NCBI GenBank assembly: GCA_000697335.1
Contig: JNEM01013752.1
Coordinates: 1 to 34,927, forward strand
Length of the DNA: 34,927 nt
From: Conidiobolus incongruus B7586
Lineage: Eukaryota
Reading direction: 5' to 3'
A program made the position numbers and the translations under genes. How positions within the stretch are numbered: position 1 is the stretch's first letter; each line of letters begins with the position of its first letter. A model generated the notes under the pieces. That model searched no databases, was not told the DNA's origin, and saw nothing but the letters and a program-made list of their open reading frames with translations. Positions 1 through 10,170 of this stretch are shown piece by piece.

Positions 1-479
1 AATTTTAATATATTAACCAATTATTAGTTAAATGAATAAATTATAATTAATTATAGTCAAAAAATATATTTTAATTATATAATCAGGTTTGAGTTAATTT
101 GATTAAGTATTAGTTAAGTTATAAGTAAATTTATAAATAATTTTAATTTTATAACTTATTTTTATATGTTAATATATATATATATATATATTAAAAATAA
201 TAAAACCTTAGTTTTTAAAAATAATTGAAATTTACTGCTCAGTCTATAATTATTACTATATATATCTTTTTACAATTATAAATTCTTAGATAAATTAATT
301 AATATGATATATTAAAAGGAATTTGATTATTTTTTAACTTGGTTTTTAATTAATAATCAAATTAATCTTTCAATTTTAAAATATATATATATGAAATATA
401 TAGAATAGTTAATATTAACTATTATGGCATTATTATTTTATTTATTTTGTTATACTTTGTAATGATAATAATTCAAAAC

Positions 480-1629
480 TACATAACCACTTGAACTAGT
501 ATATATTTAATATAATTTCAATGATTTTTTAATTAAGCCCTATTTATAACAAATTGAATTTCAAAATAGTTTTCAAGTTAAAATCTTTTGATATAATGAT
601 TTAATTAAAATATAAAAGACCACACATTTCATAATAAGTATAATCTGTCTCAATTTTTCCGATTTATAATATATTAGAGCAAACTATATAGAAGAATATA
701 AAAGGGATTTTCAACTTGATTTTGTTTGATATCACCTTTTTTGGATTTTATCTGTATGAATTGGTTATATTAAACGGAATCAAATTGATTTTTAACGGGA
801 GCATACTGAATAAATTTAAATCTAGTATATTATATATTTGCTTGGAATCACATTCAGTTCTTGCATCTATCATGATTTTGGAATGAAAGAGTCTGTAAAG
901 AATTGTACTCGGCATTAGGTGTAATGCTTCTGACAGTTGTGACATCATCTTCCATAACCACAAGCTCTTTGATTAAGCTCACTGTAGCAGGATATTTTTG
1001 AATTGTTTTGGCTATATTAGTTAAGAGTCCCAATGACATAATGGTTAATTTAAACGTTGATGATAATTTGATTGGATATAATATTTCATCTATAGTATCT
1101 CTGAAACTAACTTTGTACCTCCTTGATTTACCCGATTGATGGCTATTTTATCTTTTATATTCATTGATTGGAGTTGTAATATTGGTATCTCCAAAATCCA
1201 AACTTTTTAGCCCATTCCAAATCAGTCAACACTTAGTGAGCGACTTTTTTATTCTGAATATCATAATTCAAACCATATCAGAAGAATCAATGTGAGATAT
1301 TTTAAGTGGTTTACCAATTCTCACAGTTATTATTGGAATTGAATTGAACTAATACTGCTCTTTATATCAAGAATTTGGTTTAGTTTTATCATCTATATCT
1401 ATTTCTAAAATATAAATAGTTTTTCCCATAGTTTTAACAATATTTTATATTCCAAACCCCCCACTTATGAAAGTAATAGCACGAAAATATGAATTTGGAA
1501 TTCTTAAGCGATTGAAAAAAGCTAAATCATTATTTAAAGTTATGTCTGTATCCATAATTACTGGAATTTTTGACACAATTGAATCGATGAATATTAAAGA
1601 ATATTTTAATAAACTCTTTAAAATTTCAT
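480..1629 (-). pseudogene. Degenerate secreted-type IUNH nucleoside hydrolase pseudogene
   Basis: From ATG at 1629 the minus strand reads MKF*KSLLKYSLIFIDSIVSKIPVIMDTDITLNND..., then fragments SLGLLTNIAKTIQKYPATVSLIKELVVM, ITPNAEYN, LPLKINLIPFNIT, ENYFEIQF and LVQVVM. These are colinear with the intact gene at 25368-26606 but interrupted by stops and frameshifts. The 3' boundary is approximate. Confidence 0.88.
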
Positions 1630-2269
1630 AACAATATATATGTTTAATTATTATGTCTATATGATCAAAAAACTATATAATGCTAATACATATATTTTAT
1701 TAATAATTTGGAAACATATTATGAATATTGCTCTAAAGTTAATATAATAAATAAAAATAAACTATATTTAACTTAATATTGGAAAAATATCGCCATATTA
1801 TTATGTGATGAATATATTTACTGATATAATAAAATTCAACAAAATTTTACCAAAAATAATTAAATTTATTCAATTTGTTCATATTATAAAGATATAATGA
1901 ATTATAATTATTATGTTTAGGATTATATTATAAAAGGTATGCTTAGATCATATTAATATATTTTGAGATATTTTCTTTGAATCAATTATATTGAAATTTG
2001 GAAATATAATATATCTTCAATATTATGTATAATATTTTAATTAAATATATTATGAACATAAATCTATAAAATAAACGAAATTTATTCATTTAATTCAATA
2101 AGCAAAAAATTTTAAATATATATAATTAAAAGTAGATATTTTTTGAAGCTGTTTAATATTTATATTAATATTAATATCAATTTTTTTGAAAATAATATAA
2201 TTAAAACTATAAGTAAGATCAGTATATAGAGACTTTATTATTTTTCTATATTTAATAAATAATTAAATA

Positions 2270-3579
2270 TTACCTTGAATTTAAAATAATGGGAAATTTT
2301 TTAATTTCTGATTTTTCAAATATATTATTAGTTTGAAATAGATAAATATATACAAAGTTAATAGGAAATTATATATTTTTAATATATATATATATATTAG
2401 TTTTTTTGATTAAAAAATTAACTTTTTAAAATTGGTTGTTTAATTTAATCATGCTTAAACCAAATAATGATCATCAAAAGTTTTTTATTTTGGTATCAGT
2501 AAAACTTAACCATAAACCCTCTAAAATTATTTAAAATTTACAAGCAGCTTTTGGTAATAAAATATTATCTAAATCAACAATTTATTGCTGGGTAAATTAC
2601 TTTAAGGTTAAGAGAGAAACTATTCAAAACCTGTTAAAATTTAGAAAACCAACTTCAACTGTTACTTTTTCAATTATAAATAGAGTGAAAAAATATATTG
2701 AAAAGCACCTTTTTATTTCAGCTAGAGAATTATCTAAGTACTTTAATATTAGTTTTACAAGTATTTTATATATTTTAAAGTTTAAACTAAAATTAATAAA
2801 TAAAAATACAAAATAGGTACCTTATAATTTAACTAAAGCTTAAAAAAAAGCTAGAGTAGCTATTGCTAAATAAAACTTATTGAAATATTACTAGAAGCTT
2901 AAACTTTTATAGCAAATAATTATAATTGATGAATCTTAAATCCCTATATATAATCCTTTACTAAAACACAAATCAAGATGCTAGATTAAGCTATATCAAC
3001 CCCCTCTACAAATCCCTTTAAATAAGCATTTTGTTAATAAGTGAATATTAATTATTATAATAGATTATAATAGTATATGCTATTCTTATTTAGTTCCTGA
3101 AAGAAAATCAATTAATAATAAACTATATATTGTTTTTTTAAATAAAAGTATTTTTAATTAGTGTTCTCAATATAATTTGAGAAAACCTATTATTTTGCAT
3201 GATAATTGTAAAGTACATAAATCTAAAGCTGTAAAAAACTTTCTAATTAAAAATAACTGGAAAAAACTACCACATCTAGTATATTCTTTTGATTATAACC
3301 TATGTGATTATAATTGCTTTAGACAATTAAAAAACCAGCTTACAGGAAAGAAAATTTCTGCAGGAAAATTTAATTGGTTTGTGAAACATCAAATTTCAGT
3401 CTTTAATAAAAAGAACTGTTTTTTAAGTGTTAGAAGTTTGCTAAAAATATAGCAAAAAGTTATTAATAATAAAAGAAACTATTAAATTTATATTATATAT
3501 TTATTTTTATATATCATATATTCAAATGTTTATTTATTTTTAATTGCAAAAAATTCCTATTATTAAAAATACAGAGTAA
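2270..3579 (+). mobile_element. Full-length mariner (Tc1/mariner, DD34D) DNA transposon relic, copy 1
   Basis: About 1310 bp between TA dinucleotides (2268-69, 3580-81). Imperfect ~30-bp TIRs: left ttaccttgaatttaaaataatgggaaattttt, right (reverse complement) ttactctgtatttttaataataggaatttttt. Contains a transposase pseudo-frame at 2451-3485. Confidence 0.9.
2451..3485 (+). pseudogene. Mariner transposase pseudogene (344 codons, single frame, 11 internal stops)
   Basis: Manual translation gives *VPYNL (WVPHEL motif), IIDES* (TGDESW), LHDNCKVH (HDNARPH) and HLVYSFDYNLCDY (HPPYSPDLAPSDY). There are 34 residues between the 2nd and 3rd catalytic Asp. ORF 3177..3452 is one inter-stop piece of this frame. 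Confidence 0.93.
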
Positions 3580-4593
3580 TATTAATCAATCAATGCAAGA
3601 AAAAAAATATATTTATGCTAATTGATTTAAAAAATTCACTTGTTAAATAATTAAGTTTTGTTTAATTAGATATCTAGTATTTTTTGTAGATGTTTTTGAT
3701 AATCATAGTTATAAATGGAAATTTTTATACTAATTATAAACATTATTATATGATATACAAACTAATCATACTTATGAAAGAATATTTATTTGGTAATATT
3801 TTTTGATTTTAACAAATTTATGAAATAAATAAAATTATTTGATTTTATTTGATTTTTTTTAAATTATTCAAATTATTAAAATATAGTGTTGAATATTATG
3901 TATAAATACATGATTTACCAAAATACATCAAAGATAGTAAAAATATAAAATAATTATGCTTTGAATATAATCCTCAAGTGATTGAATTTTATAAATTGCC
4001 TTTAGAATTAATAATTGTGTATATTGTATTATTTGTTATTGTTTATTCTTCAAAGTATTTTAGTTTGAAGTATTATGTGTAATAACTATTTTAATGTATG
4101 AGATTAATAAAGAAGAATTTTATATATTGTACTTCGGTAAATTGAAATATTACCTTTATTCAACGAAGATGAATTATGAAATGTAGTATTGTACAAATAC
4201 AATCATGATGACTATTTTGAATTGTAAATAAAATGATATCTATAAATAAAACAATGATAATAAAGTAGTTATATAAATTTATTTTCTAATCTTTAATTAA
4301 TTGGAATACAGAATATGACATCAAAATTTTCAATATTAGTTTTCAAATGCATTAAATAGTTGAGAGAATATATAAATGGAACTTAAAATGATTAAAATGT
4401 TTGTAATTGAAGAAAAACTTTATTATTAAAAATTGAATGAAATTGAAAAAAAATCAAATTAAAAAAACTATATTAATAATATATTCATATTAAACAAAAA
4501 GCAAGAAAATAATATATAGGATATTTATTTTGATATTGAGAGCAAAATATAATTTTAAAAATATTTGGAAACATAAAAATAAGGGATTATCTG

Positions 4594-5149
4594 TGTGACG
4601 ATTGCTACCTAATTAATACCTTTCCTCACTCCAATTCACTATTAAGTACCTGATTAACCAAATTAGGCCTTATCAACATTTTACCAGTCCACATCTGAGT
4701 GACCTCACTGTTACTCATCCGTGCATACCTATGCCTATATATTTCACTTAAGTATAAGAAGGACTCCTCTCCTTTTGTGATTTCTCTCTCTTACCTTACT
4801 TTCTTACATTAATAAACCTTTTGCCTACATCCAAAACCAACCCTTTCGGTATACTCAAGTAACTGCTTATAGTTCCACTTGAGTCATTTTACACTAATCT
4901 TTCTAAACCTGTTCCTATTGATATTCCTTGACTCCATCTTCTTAGCATGTCGGATCCTAATGCCACCACTGTTGCTGCTGGTCTAGTCGCTCTTTACAAA
5001 GCCCATTTACAAGTGATCAAGGCCGAATAGCCTGAGACTTGATCATCGGTAGTTTACCCCAGCTGGTAGGTATCATATTTCACAATCTGGCCTACAGAAT
5101 GGCAGTGTCAGTGTCCTCAATGACGCTCCAAGAGCTAATAACCATGACA
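4594..5149 (+). mobile_element. Solo LTR A (556 bp), probably Ty3/Gypsy type
   Basis: Termini TGTGAC...ATGACA, flanked by the direct repeat ATCTG (4589-93, 5150-54). TATAAG at 4753, AATAAACCTT at 4811-20. GC-richer than the flanks and homologous to the inverted neighbour 5155-5721. Confidence 0.85.
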
Positions 5150-5154
5150 ATCTG

Positions 5155-5721
5155 TGTCACGGTTATTAGCTCCTTGAGCGTCATCGAGGATACTGACATA
5201 GCCATTGTGTAAGCCAGATTGTGAAGCATTGTGCCTACAAACTGAGGTAGACTGCCGATGATCAGTTCCCTGGCGATCCGACCATGATTACTGTTGAATG
5301 GGGCATTAAAGAGGGCGACTAAATCAGAAGTAGTAGTGGCAGTGTGAGGATTTGACATGCTAAGAAGGCAAAGTCACAGAATATCAATAGGAATGGATGC
5401 AGACGGATAATAGAATATGTCTCAAGTGAAGCTATAAGTGGCCTCTTGAGTACATTTGAGAGCAGGTTTTTAGTAGGAAAATAAGGTTTATTTGTGGAGT
5501 AGAATAGAAAGTCCTTTTTTGGATTGAGTGGGAAGGGTTGGCATAAATAGGCCATTACGGATCAATAGCGTGGTTGTAAGACATATAGATTTTGTGATAT
5601 CAAGGGTTTAGAGCCTTATTCATAACTGGTTGAGATTATTTATATGGCTTAATTGGGATAATCGGTGATTTGGTAGTGATTTTGAGTGAGAGAAGGTATC
5701 CATTAGATAATAAGTGTCACA
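5155..5721 (-). mobile_element. Solo LTR B (567 bp), inverted relative to LTR A, 10 bp upstream of tRNA-Arg
   Basis: On the minus strand it reads TGTGAC...GTGACA, flanked by ATCTG (5150-54, 5722-26). AATAAACCTT on the minus strand at 5483-92. Clear similarity to LTR A in both the 5' part and the 3' ~210 bp. Confidence 0.85.
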
Positions 5722-5731
5722 ATCTGTATAA

Positions 5732-5804
5732 GGTTCCATGGCCAAATGGATAAGGCGCTTGACTACGGATCAAGAGATTCCAGGTTCGATCCCTGGTGGA
5801 ATCG
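5732..5804 (+). tRNA. tRNA-Arg(ACG)
   Basis: 73 nt cloverleaf. Acceptor GGTTCCA/TGGAATC, anticodon arm CTTGA-CTACGGA-TCAAG, T-loop GTTCGAT. T6 run at 5822-27. Confidence 0.97.
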
Positions 5805-7417
5805 TAATGGTAATTCTTCTATTTTTTATTACTTTTTATTCGCTTTCCCATATTATATTGTATATTTTTTACTTTCTTCATTAATTGGATATCTTATTTT
5901 TTTATATTCGACAATATCTAATTCTTAATATTATATCATAATTAACAAAATTACTTAATTAAGATTCATATAAAATTTAATGGTTTTAACTTTTATCACA
6001 AAATTGAAACTTATTAACAATATAGTTAAAAAATCTTTATACAATTTTTTATCATAGTTAATTTAAATCCAATTTTAATTCTTTAAAATTATTCTTCCAT
6101 ATTGTTAAACTATATTCAAACTTTATATCTTGATAAAATCAATATTAACCAAGTGAGGATTGAAACAGTTTGAAAATAGTTAAAATAGTTACTAAAAATC
6201 TATTGATAAATTCATATAACATTAATTTGTAATACTTATTTTTTTTTGATAAACTTCAAAGTGAGATATATGTGACCAGAGTGTTAAATAACCGCCCATA
6301 TAGCTAAAATTCTAATTGTAATAGGTTATGACGGCTGAAAATTTCAAAATTAATCCAGTATAATTTACATCAATAATATAATATTAAATATTAGGTAAAT
6401 TTCCTCAATTCAATGAAATCATATTTACAAATTTACCGAAATAAACCCTACTATAGCTTATTACTTTCTTTAAGAATTGAACCAATTTGAATTAGTCATA
6501 GTGATGAAATAGATGGATCAGTAATAGTATATACATTTTGATGCCAAGATAATTTTATTATAATTTTTGGATAATTTTGAAATTTTGCACAAGTTTTTTA
6601 ATTATATGTTTCTATTTTTATCAAACTTAAAATTGATTGGAAAATAATTTATTATGATGAATTGAGGCGAATAGATGGTAAATTTATCACAGTTGATAAA
6701 TATTTTATAGGGATAATTAATTTTTAATTGCTTGGTAATATCTAGTTAATTATTTATAAGTTTAGTTGGTTTTGTATCAAATTCTTTGTTAGACTTGGTG
6801 AATTAATGTAAAGATTGAATGCTGCCAAAAGTGCGTAAATTTAAGTTTGTCAAATATAATTGAAGTATACCAATATAAGCAATTATAGTGTAATGTAATC
6901 ATGATGATGATATCAACCAAAACCATTTATGCGATTAACAAGCTTAAAGTTTTACTTATCGCTAAATTTATGTGTTTTATTATATATTTCACATTTATTT
7001 ACGCGAATTCACTCGAAAATTGAGAGCTAAATCACTCCAAATTGGAAAGACTTTAAAAAAGCTCATGTTTCAGAAATGTTACAAATTATTTGCATTGAAT
7101 GAAAAACCAATTAAATTTGTAGGTTCTTATGAGAACGTTGATTAGTTCAAATTATCTGAAGAGAAATACAGGTCACAAATAGTGAATAAATCCTTTTTAC
7201 TCCTTTTAAAAAAAATCTTTACATTTTTCATTGGAGATACTTTTTTATTTTTTGAGTATCTCCCCTGTTCTTTTTTGATATATTTAGGTTTTTCATTTTA
7301 GATATTTTTTTGTTTTTTGAACTCGTTTTTATTTAATTATTAAAAGTTTATTCATCTTTTATTGTATTAATTAATTTTAATATTATTATTTGAAAATAAT
7401 AAATATCTCGTATTAAT

Positions 7418-8752
7418 ATGTTCGTTAGTCTTTTTCAATTATGCTTACTATTGGGTTTTGTAACCTCTGATATATGTTGGGATACAGTATCACCTCAATC
7501 GAAAGTTGGAGGGTATCTCCAGCGAGTGGACTGCTCACCTGGTAAAACACCATCAGCCTTGAAAGTGAAATCTTCAGCAACCAAGCAGCTAGCAGGTGGC
7601 AACGGCAAAGTGTCAAAAACCAAAGATGGTATGATTGAAATAGACCTTACATGCACAACGGATCAAAGTACTTGTACTATGGTCATGGACACCTTTGTCA
7701 ATGCAGCAGAATATATGACAAATATAATTAAATTCAACACACCAATTCGTATTCAAGCAACTTTTACGTCATTTTGTTCTAATTTAGGCGATTGTGACAA
7801 GCTCCATCAGACCTTGGGCCAAGCCAGAGTCACCAGATATCATCAGCTAAGAAGTGATGATGGTAAAATCAGACTTTATCCTCAAGCCCTTGTCAAACAA
7901 ATATCTAAAACCACTAAGAGCTCTTTCCATGATAGTGATATTCTCGCCGACTTCAACTCCGATGCCAGCTTCTACTTCCAGTCACAAGGTGGACAGATCT
8001 CAAGAACACAATCTGACTTTTTATTCGTTGTTAGCCACGAGCTGATTCACGGACTTGGGTTCGCATCTCTTTACAATGACTACTTCAGTCAATCCACACC
8101 TCAAGCATTGTTCCCAAATCCACAAACAGCTACATATAATGATGGGTCAGCTAAAATTAGTAATTTCTTCGAATCAATTTTTGACCGCTATATTATGATC
8201 AAATCTAGTGGTAGGTCACTCACGTCTGTCACAGATGTGATCAATGGCTATGTAAGCAGCAACCGTGACAAGTTGTTCAAAAATGAGGATCAAGCATACG
8301 AAGACTTCATCAACTCCAGCCAATATTCAGTTGCAAAAGATTTGCTTCAAACTGCTCAATCTCCGGGCAGTATGGAGTTCGTGTTCAATACAACCACGAA
8401 GGTCCCTTTTTCCTCCCTTGTCCTCGAGACAAGTTTGAAGCCATATTCTGCGTCTTCATCAGTCTCCCACGTTTCTCTAAAGGATTATCAAAACAGTAAG
8501 GAATTCCTCATGAAGTACGAAATGAGTCCAGGTAGCAGCTTGTCCAAACTTGTTGGAGGCGTTGGCTCAAGTGGATGGGATACAGCACCTTACGGCCCAG
8601 GACTGATCGCCGTTCTGGAAACGATGGGCTACCCCACAAATCAAAATCCCCACCCCAATGTTGTCGCTGGCCCCGCATCTTTCGGTTTGAAAAATCTTAA
8701 AGTCTCCTGGACACTTTTGGCCACCTTTATGTTAATTTATTTCATTTATTAA
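7418..8752 (+). CDS. Secreted, probably GPI-anchored zinc metalloprotease-like protein (leishmanolysin/M8-like motif layout)
   Basis: 444 aa intronless ORF with a hydrophobic N-terminal signal (MFVSLFQLCLLLGFVTS), HELIHGLGF zinc motif, a distal SH...EFLM (candidate third His and Met-turn) and a hydrophobic C-terminal tail WTLLATFMLIYFIY. Confidence 0.8.
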   Translation: MFVSLFQLCLLLGFVTSDICWDTVSPQSKVGGYLQRVDCSPGKTPSALKVKSSATKQLAGGNGKVSKTKDGMIEIDLTCTTDQSTCTMVMDTFVNAAEYMTNIIKFNTPIRIQATFTSFCSNLGDCDKLHQTLGQARVTRYHQLRSDDGKIRLYPQALVKQISKTTKSSFHDSDILADFNSDASFYFQSQGGQISRTQSDFLFVVSHELIHGLGFASLYNDYFSQSTPQALFPNPQTATYNDGSAKISNFFESIFDRYIMIKSSGRSLTSVTDVINGYVSSNRDKLFKNEDQAYEDFINSSQYSVAKDLLQTAQSPGSMEFVFNTTTKVPFSSLVLETSLKPYSASSSVSHVSLKDYQNSKEFLMKYEMSPGSSLSKLVGGVGSSGWDTAPYGPGLIAVLETMGYPTNQNPHPNVVAGPASFGLKNLKVSWTLLATFMLIYFIY

Positions 8753-8960
8753 TTTGAATCTGAATATTGAATCATTTTAACTCCATCATATTATCCTTCA
8801 ATAATGACATTAATTAGTCCTTTCAAAAGCATTTCAACAAAGTTAGCCCATATTCAAAAAAAATTCTAGTTTTCAATAACCAAGTTTAACTCAAATTAAT
8901 TGATATGAAATTTGATTAATTTTTATTGAAATTTATTGGTGTAAATATTGTAAAAAATTA

Positions 8961-9033
8961 CGATTCCACCAGGGATCGAACCTGGAATCTCTTGATCCGT
9001 AGTCAAGCGCCTTATCCATTTGGCCATGGAACC
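8961..9033 (-). tRNA. tRNA-Arg(ACG)
   Basis: Exact reverse complement of 5732-5804, followed by a T-run terminator on the minus strand. Confidence 0.97.
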
Positions 9034-9085
9034 TCAATTTATCCCAATTTTTAATCAATAATTTTATGAAATCCTTTGAATATCG

Positions 9086-9120
9086 AATATATCATAATAT
9101 ATCATAATATATCATAATAT
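9086..9120. repeat. 10-bp tandem repeat (atcataatat) x3.5
   Basis: aatat-atcataatat-atcataatat-atcataatat read directly from the sequence. Confidence 0.85.
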
Positions 9121-9787
9121 TTCATTTTTAATATTAACAATTAATATTTTGAATATCTTATAATTTTATATTATTTATAATATTACTTTATCATTTTATA
9201 TTTAATTTTATTTTATTAATCCACAAATTCTTATTTAATTTTTATTTAATTTTCTTTTTTTTCATTGAATTAAATAACATCTAATTTAATTGGTAAAGTA
9301 CCTTAATATAAATATTATTTTAAATTTTTAAAACTTTTTTTTAAATTAAATGAATAAAATATTAGGAATATTATAAACTTTTATAAATTATAATTAATTA
9401 AATTTTATATAAAAATATTAATAATTTATCTATCAAAATAATATTTATTAATAATTAATAAATATATTTAATGATATACAGGTATATTTAGAAAATTTTA
9501 ACATAATTTTAGACAGCAAAAATAGAGACTTTATTAAAATTGGTTAATAATAAAAATAAGGAAAATTATTGATTTATTCGTGAATATTATGGATTTATAT
9601 ATTAATTAGAAGAATAGAAAAATGATAAAGATTAAAAGAAGGAAGTAGAATTAAAAATTTTAAAATGAAGTTAAATGAATGAATATTAAAGTGGACTTGT
9701 AAATTATGGTAAATTAAGTTGGATAAAAATAAATTTTAACTCTTTGTTACATCCTTTTTGTAATATGAGTTAAATGAAAAATATGAA

Positions 9788-10088
9788 TGTCACAGTTCTC
9801 AGTGGCATTACCACTGAAATCATGATCTACAGGGAGTTGTCACCAATCCATAACCCGCACAACTAGAACTGTGCTGTATACTGGTGGATGAACCACTGAT
9901 AAACAGAAATATATTAAGGTAAATAAGTAAGGTTTATTGTAGATATTGCACACAATAACAAGGTAAGGCTTAGTTATTGTACCAAAGATGGTATTTATAT
10001 GGTAATACCAGTATTGAGATTGAGCCATATACACATGATATGATTCTATTGGCTAGATGGTAGGAGAAACAGGATCAGATCCGTCACA
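9788..10088 (-). mobile_element. Solo LTR C (301 bp), 10 bp upstream of tRNA-Glu
   Basis: Minus strand TGTGAC...GTGACA, flanked by the direct repeat ATGAA (9783-87, 10089-93). On the minus strand CCAAT, TATAAATA (9992-99) and AATAAACCTT (9929-38) occur in the order expected for an LTR. Confidence 0.85.
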
Positions 10089-10098
10089 ATGAAATTAA

Positions 10099-10170
10099 TC
10101 CGATATGGTCCAGTGGTTAGGATTTCTCGCTTTCACCGAGACGGCCAGGGTTCGATTCCCTGTATCGGAG
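10099..10170 (+). tRNA. tRNA-Glu(TTC)
   Basis: 72 nt. Acceptor TCCGATA/TATCGGA, anticodon arm TCTCG-CTTTCAC-CGAGA, GTTCGATT T-loop, TTTT immediately downstream. Confidence 0.97.

Noticed and set aside
2451..3485. Alternative genetic code (TAA/TAG reassigned) explaining the in-frame stops
   Set aside because: Intact genes in the window end in TAA or TGA and have no internal stops, and the transposase stops fall at positions of different amino acids, consistent with mutation.
3700..4500. Possible decayed coding remnant (fragment EYNPQVIEFYKLPLELII, vaguely F-box-like)
   Set aside because: Too short and stop-ridden to assign by eye.
5092..5154. C-terminal 20 aa of the listed ORF 5092..5358
   Set aside because: This is read-through across the TSD into the antisense strand of LTR A; only 5155-5358 belongs to the LTR ORF.
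4594..5721. Single DNA transposon or MITE with long terminal inverted repeats (TGTGAC...GTCACA)
   Set aside because: The internal third ATCTG flanked by CA and TG ends, the substantial divergence between the arms and the stand-alone element at 9788-10088 fit two separate LTR insertions better.
5746..5928. ORFs overlapping tRNA genes (also 10089..10361 and 10579..10800)
   Set aside because: They are chance frames through tRNA sequences and AT-rich flanks.
9086..9120. CRISPR-like or functional repeat array
   Set aside because: Simple 10-bp slippage repeat with no spacers, in a eukaryotic context.
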